From: Thermodesulfovibrionales bacterium
GTDB taxonomy: Bacteria > Nitrospirota > Thermodesulfovibrionia > Thermodesulfovibrionales > UBA6898
Reading direction: 5' to 3'
Assembly (NCBI GenBank): GCA_044450345.1
Contig: JBIOIY010000007.1
Coordinates: forward strand, 15,189 to 79,188
DNA: 64,000 nt
How positions within the stretch are numbered: the stretch's first letter is position 1; each line of letters begins with the position of its first letter. The notes beneath the pieces were generated by a model, which was given only the letters and a program-made list of their open reading frames with translations, ran no database searches and was not told the DNA's origin. Shown here piece after piece: positions 60,501-64,000 of this stretch. The position numbers and the translations under genes are program-made.

Positions 60501-62503
60501 GCCGTAACATTACGATGAAATTCTGGGTCTACCAAAACGGCCAGCTCCGCTGCTTCGAGTTTTTTACGCACATTACCGCTTAAGTATGCGTCGGCCGCCT
60601 CCCACATGCCGCCTTCGGGGTTTCTGAATATTATCCCCTCAAGCTCTGTCCGGAGTTCCTCTTCCGAAAGATCGCTCAACTCAGCCATCCTTTCGAAGTC
60701 AACAACGCCTCTTTCGTTCATGGTGACCAGGAACGCTTCTTTGGCGCTGGCGACGTGCGAGACCCTCTTGACGGGGTGGATCACCCTGCGGGAGAATATC
60801 TCCGCCTTCTCCGCAGTTTTCGTCTCGTCGTCGTAGACCTCAAGCGACAAAAGAAGCGGATAATCAGGATCCTCGCGAAACGCTGCCCTGTTAGCCTTTA
60901 AGCTGAGAAAGCCGAACTTCTTAACAAAGGAGTCGTAAGTAGTGTTAAGACCGCCTCGCAGGAAATCGACCCCGGCATCATCGCCCGTTGTCAGCTCGTC
61001 ATGGAGCAGTTTTCGTACGATGTCACGAATCTGTATCATACTCTCAACACGCCGAGCGGTCATGACCGGCAGCTCCTGAAGTACTAACTCATCTGCCATA
61101 CTTCTATAAAGCTTTCCCTCATGGACTACGTAGGCCCCTTCTTTAACGTGATCAGGTGCCGGGATACACTGCTCTACCGCTACGCCTAGAACCGTCTCTG
61201 TGGGCTTCACAACGCCGTCAGGCAGAAGCGGAAGGACCCCAGCAAGGGCATCTTTGAGGTCGCGTTTATCGGGGGCGAGCTCCACATCATATCTGCCGTA
61301 CATTCCGGTTGCCCAGATAAGCTTGCCAAGCATCAGCTGCGGCCTTTGAGCAAAGTACTCGTTGATCTCGGCATCGCATTCATCCTTTCCCATCGGGAAA
61401 GGCACTATCTCGGTCCAGTTGATTGCGGCAGGCACCGCCCCGGCCTCCCTTTTCTGGAAAAAGAGGATATCCGCGGTCACTTCCGTATTGGCGTTTTTCT
61501 TAAACGCAGAGGACGGCAGTCTTACTGCACCCAGGAGATCAGCCCTCTCGGCGATGTACTTACGAGTCTTGGTATCCTTTTTGTCCATGAGATAGCGGCT
61601 TGTGATGAAAGCCACAATCCCGCCGGGCCTGACAATGTCGAGGGCTTTTGCGAAGAAGTACTCATGAATACTGAATTTGTGTTTGTTGTACGCAGGATCA
61701 TGGATTTTATAGTCGCCGAAGGGGACATTGCTAATCGCAACATCAAAGAAGTTCCGGGGGAACCGGCAGTTTTCAAAACCGCTTATGCGGATATCCGCAT
61801 CGGGGTGGAGCTGTTTGGCTATCCTCCCGGATATTGAATCCAGCTCCACACCAGACAGTTTGCTGTGCGCATGCAAAGCTTCGGGCATCAGACCGAAGAA
61901 GTGGCCGATGCCAAGCGCCGGCTCGATGAAGCGCCCTCCTTTGACACCCAGCCGCTCGATCGCATCATACATAAACTCAATTACGGTGGCTGAAGTGTAA
62001 TGGGCATTCAGGGTGCTTGTCTCTGCGCTTTCGTACTCCTCCTCGGTAAGCAGTCCCTTAAGTTCCTCGTATTCTTTGTCCCAGTCATCGTTCCAGCGGT
62101 CGAATGCCTGGGGCATGCCTCCCCATCCAACGTATTTCACAAGAACCGCCTGTTCTTCGGGCGTGGCCGTGCAGTTCTGCCCTTCGAGTTCCTTAAGCAG
62201 CCCGATGGCTGTCACGTTGTCGCGGTATTTGCTCTTAATGTTCCCTACCCCGAGCAGGTCCTTGTCAGTTATGTGGTAATTCCTGCTCACGGGTGTTTTT
62301 ACAGCCGGTGCTGTAGCGGGGACGGGAGTTGCTGCCGGCGGCGTTGTGATTGTCGTCGCTGGCACCGTCAGGAGCCCACCCAATAAGTCTTCAAATGACA
62401 ACTGACTTTCAATCGGCTTGTTTCTTCTTTTCTTCGCAGCGGTCGCGGCCATAAATATCACCGAGCCGCTGCTTTTTCCAAAGGCACCACCAGTTGTGGG
62501 CAT
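57518..62503 (-). CDS. DarB-like adenine DNA methyltransferase-SNF2 helicase fusion
   Basis: NAHYT, EPALGIG, SNVPF; HKVGAGKT, DESD, TGTPISN, GAGTNVQ and QREGRILRQGN motifs. Confidence 0.88.
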   Translation of the reverse strand: MPTTGGAFGKSSGSVIFMAATAAKKRRNKPIESQLSFEDLLGGLLTVPATTITTPPAATPVPATAPAVKTPVSRNYHITDKDLLGVGNIKSKYRDNVTAIGLLKELEGQNCTATPEEQAVLVKYVGWGGMPQAFDRWNDDWDKEYEELKGLLTEEEYESAETSTLNAHYTSATVIEFMYDAIERLGVKGGRFIEPALGIGHFFGLMPEALHAHSKLSGVELDSISGRIAKQLHPDADIRISGFENCRFPRNFFDVAISNVPFGDYKIHDPAYNKHKFSIHEYFFAKALDIVRPGGIVAFITSRYLMDKKDTKTRKYIAERADLLGAVRLPSSAFKKNANTEVTADILFFQKREAGAVPAAINWTEIVPFPMGKDECDAEINEYFAQRPQLMLGKLIWATGMYGRYDVELAPDKRDLKDALAGVLPLLPDGVVKPTETVLGVAVEQCIPAPDHVKEGAYVVHEGKLYRSMADELVLQELPVMTARRVESMIQIRDIVRKLLHDELTTGDDAGVDFLRGGLNTTYDSFVKKFGFLSLKANRAAFREDPDYPLLLSLEVYDDETKTAEKAEIFSRRVIHPVKRVSHVASAKEAFLVTMNERGVVDFERMAELSDLSEEELRTELEGIIFRNPEGGMWEAADAYLSGNVRKKLEAAELAVLVDPEFHRNVTALKTVQPKDLDFTEIHANLGAAWIPPKDVELFVNYLIDVPGGCEVEFSPVIGSWTLEPTRMLTSEVLDSVNNTTKFGTARCDAVTLIRLVLNNRIPTIKDTIRVKGEEKEVVNVKETEAAREKQLFIKERFRTWIWEDADRRERLAKLYNETFNCLRPRTFDGSHLTLPGMSNHLELKPHQKDAIWRIIQSGNTLLDHKVGAGKTFCITAAAMEMRRLGLVSKPVIVVPNHLIEQWAAEFLRLYPLANILITGHDDFTAQKRKAFIGKIATNNWDAVIIGHSSFERIPLSQEAIEEFISLQIADLEDAVLAAQSNKSDSKIVKQLQKAKRRLEAKLKERANEEKKDNGLTFEDLGIDFLATDESDLYKNLYFVTKMDRIAGLPNADSKRAFDMYMKARLLNSQEKSVVFSTGTPISNTLAEMYTVQRYLQPHLLAQYNLSHFDSWAATFGEVVTSLEITPTGAGYRMRSRFAKFVNVPELLQMYRQTADVQHDDDVLGLEKPEMEDGKPIVIVAPPSEAQEEYVQSLVERAERLKKERVDPREDNMLKITGDGRKAGLDLRLVDPPATDFPDSKVNMAVQQIYDIWSDTEDSRGTQLVFCDLSTPKKAGFNVYRDIREKLVKRGVPKQEIVFVHEADTDAKKKVLWTKVNFGKVRILMGSTEKMGAGTNVQRLCVALHHLDAPWRPRDVDQREGRILRQGNTNKTVSIFRYVTRGSFDAYIWQLIEAKSRFIAQIRSGDSTARVAEDIEGVVLSYAEVKALSSGNPLVMEKFKVDIECDRLETLRSQHASEQWRLKREMASLEARIERYTEIAANYEADIAVRETPEPFSIKVDGSVYSERKAAGDAIVRMASGRKGSDAYDLIGSYAGFELYLRTFPFGYSAIPQIIARGLAEHKGNVSDSDIGTISSLEYAVRTIEERHAHYVKDLGDMKKRLEGLSLEVGQPFPMEEQLRHQLLRQAEINKELDVDNRDTAEETTETVEAEEESFALKEAA

Positions 62504-62521
62504 CTATCCTCCTCTCTTTTC

Positions 62522-63184
62522 TTAATTGGTTGAACATCTAATTTTCCGCACCTCTACAGGGGGAATAGCCGGAGGCCGAACCGAAGGCATGCGGATGGCA
62601 GTTCTGTAGACGGGCTTCCCGGAGTTATCTGCCTGTTCAATCAGCCCGGCCGAGACGAGTCCGTCGAAGAGCGACTTAATGAACTCACCCTCTATGGCCT
62701 TCAGCCTGTCTCTCTCCATGTAGCCTATGCCTGCGCTCACATCGTAGTTGTAGGATACAAAGAGATGTTTGCGAGGCGTCCGGTATGCCTGTAGCAGCAA
62801 TGCCTCGATATCCTTTTTTCGCTCCGTCAGAGCCTCGGTCAGTTCAATCTCACTATAGTATTGCCTCTCTTCATAGGTGTCGTAGCTCCTGAGCCTAAAG
62901 GTCTTGGCTGTCTTGAGGACTTCGGCGATCTCCTCAATCCTTTCTTTTTGGATCCAGCCGCTCAGATCCATAGGATGGCAATACAACCGCTCGCACCAAC
63001 CTCTGCACCCTTCCCAAGCCGACGAGCTCGATTTCTTCCAGGATTTAAATCCCAGGGCGTCCAACATCCTAATGACCTCAAAGGCAAACGCCCATCCCAG
63101 CTCGTCCTCAATGCCTTTGCCCCATACGTAGCCCGCCTCAATGCGGTAATAAACTTTCACGTATATTCGTTCGTCCTTTGGCAT
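62522..63184 (-). CDS. Hypothetical protein
   Basis: AAGGAG RBS; VYYRIEAGYVWGKG..LYCHP motif. Confidence 0.6.
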   Translation of the reverse strand: MPKDERIYVKVYYRIEAGYVWGKGIEDELGWAFAFEVIRMLDALGFKSWKKSSSSAWEGCRGWCERLYCHPMDLSGWIQKERIEEIAEVLKTAKTFRLRSYDTYEERQYYSEIELTEALTERKKDIEALLLQAYRTPRKHLFVSYNYDVSAGIGYMERDRLKAIEGEFIKSLFDGLVSAGLIEQADNSGKPVYRTAIRMPSVRPPAIPPVEVRKIRCSTN

Positions 63185-63218
63185 CGGTTCTCCTTTTTTT
63201 AAGTGTTCTCGAAAAGAT

Positions 63219-63258
63219 AGAAGCCCTGCCACTCATTTCAAATGGCAGGGCTTCTTTT
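63219..63258. terminator. Intrinsic terminator-like hairpin
   Basis: AGAAGCCCTGCCA / TGGCAGGGCTTCT 13-bp stem. Confidence 0.6.
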
Positions 63259-63282
63259 CCCAAACATTGTAGACAGCAGCTG

Positions 63283-63536
63283 TCAGAAAAGCGTAGGCGC
63301 GGCAACCTCCTCTTCGTTCTTGGTTAAAAGTTTCTCCTGCACCTCTTCATAGCCCAGTACGACCAATGCGACATTGACCATCGTCCCCTGGTCTTTAAAT
63401 GTGCCCTCCGGGAGATCCTCCCAGTATTCACTCTTCTCCATAAAGGCCTCGCGCTGACGCGGGCCATTACCACATATGGCCACAAGCCGTCCACCAGGCT
63501 TTAACATGGATTGTGCGTGTCTAATGTGTTTAATAT
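63283..63536 (-). pseudogene. 3' remnant of a class I SAM methyltransferase
   Basis: IKHIRHAQSMLKPGGRLVAI..LPEGTFK..GT.V; cut at the MITE edge just after the expected NPPF motif, which is missing. Confidence 0.7.
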
Positions 63537-63740
63537 GGGATCGCTTGACGAAAGGGGAAACATAGTACGCTAAGAAATGGTAACTCGTGAAAAAACAATA
63601 AGTTATTGTAGTCCCAAGGAGGACAACAGCAGCTTGGAAAGTTCTTTCTTTGCGTTCAAGTAACTATTTGAAATCAATAGACACCTAACAAGGCATTTGA
63701 GCCTTAGCGTACTTTAATTGCCCTTTCGTCAAACAACCCC
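63537..63740. mobile_element. 204-bp Tn3-family-derived MITE
   Basis: 38-bp inverted repeats at 63537-63574 and 63703-63740, 31/38 identical, of form GGG..GACGAAAGGG..ACGCTAAG. Confidence 0.85.
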
Positions 63741-63882
63741 ATACTCGACCACAATAGGCGCATTTATTTTCGAAGTACTCCCACAATTCATTACCTTCTT
63801 GCTCCGACGGATAAGGATCAATGATTGCCAGGAGGCTTCGCCGAATTGTATTCTTTGCCATTGATGGCGTATCTTTTGGCAT
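63741..63882 (-). pseudogene. 5' remnant of an HNH-like endonuclease
   Basis: LWEYFENKCAYCG, then the frame runs into the MITE terminal repeat. Confidence 0.6.
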
Positions 63883-63884
63883 TT

Positions 63885-64000
63885 CTACCTCAAGTCTTTC
63901 ATTATCGCCTTATAGCAAGGAACATCCCTAATGTTATCAAAGTCCTTATCCTTTCTAATCCAATCCCAGTCTTTATAACCTTTCTCAATGCTTTTTTGTA
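63885..64000 (-). CDS. 3' end of a TPR-type protein (runs off the window)
   Basis: QKSIEKGYKDWDWIRKDKDFDNIR..* resembles a TPR end-of-group motif. Confidence 0.55.
   Translation of the reverse strand, partial: QKSIEKGYKDWDWIRKDKDFDNIRDVPCYKAIMKDLR

Noticed and set aside
128..63202. Numerous other overlapping or antisense ORFs in the six-frame track
   Set aside because: They overlap well-supported genes and lack RBS or motifs.
63685..63882. Intact 65-aa protein
   Set aside because: Its C-terminus is read-through into the MITE, so it is treated as a truncated HNH-like gene.
27287..64000. Prophage
   Set aside because: No capsid, terminase, tail or integrase genes were recognised; the content fits a plasmid or ICE backbone better.

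Overview
The window has two halves. Positions ~1-26.5 kb are a mostly plus-strand metal-homeostasis island: a Cu(I)/Ag(I) P1B-ATPase, CusCBA-type RND efflux, Met-rich periplasmic proteins, an octaheme cytochrome, a YHS-fused flavoprotein, an atypical sensor kinase, a Fur-boxed feoAAB operon and a CDF-like transporter. After a junction with a lone IS21-like end (~26.9-27.0 kb), all supported genes from 27.3 to 64 kb lie on the minus strand and resemble the backbone or leading region of a large plasmid or ICE. This half encodes a DarB-like methylase-helicase, ParB, a MoxR AAA+/vWA pair, a DNA methylase, a PAPS-reductase/GHKL/B12-radical-SAM trio, DnaN, a tnpB-only IS200/IS605 element, a complete PRTRC-type ubiquitin-like module, a WGR-ligase, a PLD nuclease, a primase, an XPF-like nuclease and a candidate defence gene. 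A 204-bp Tn3-type MITE near the right end joins two truncated genes. No integrase, relaxase, T4SS, rRNA, tRNA or CRISPR array was recognised. All family calls come from motif reading by eye, not database searches.
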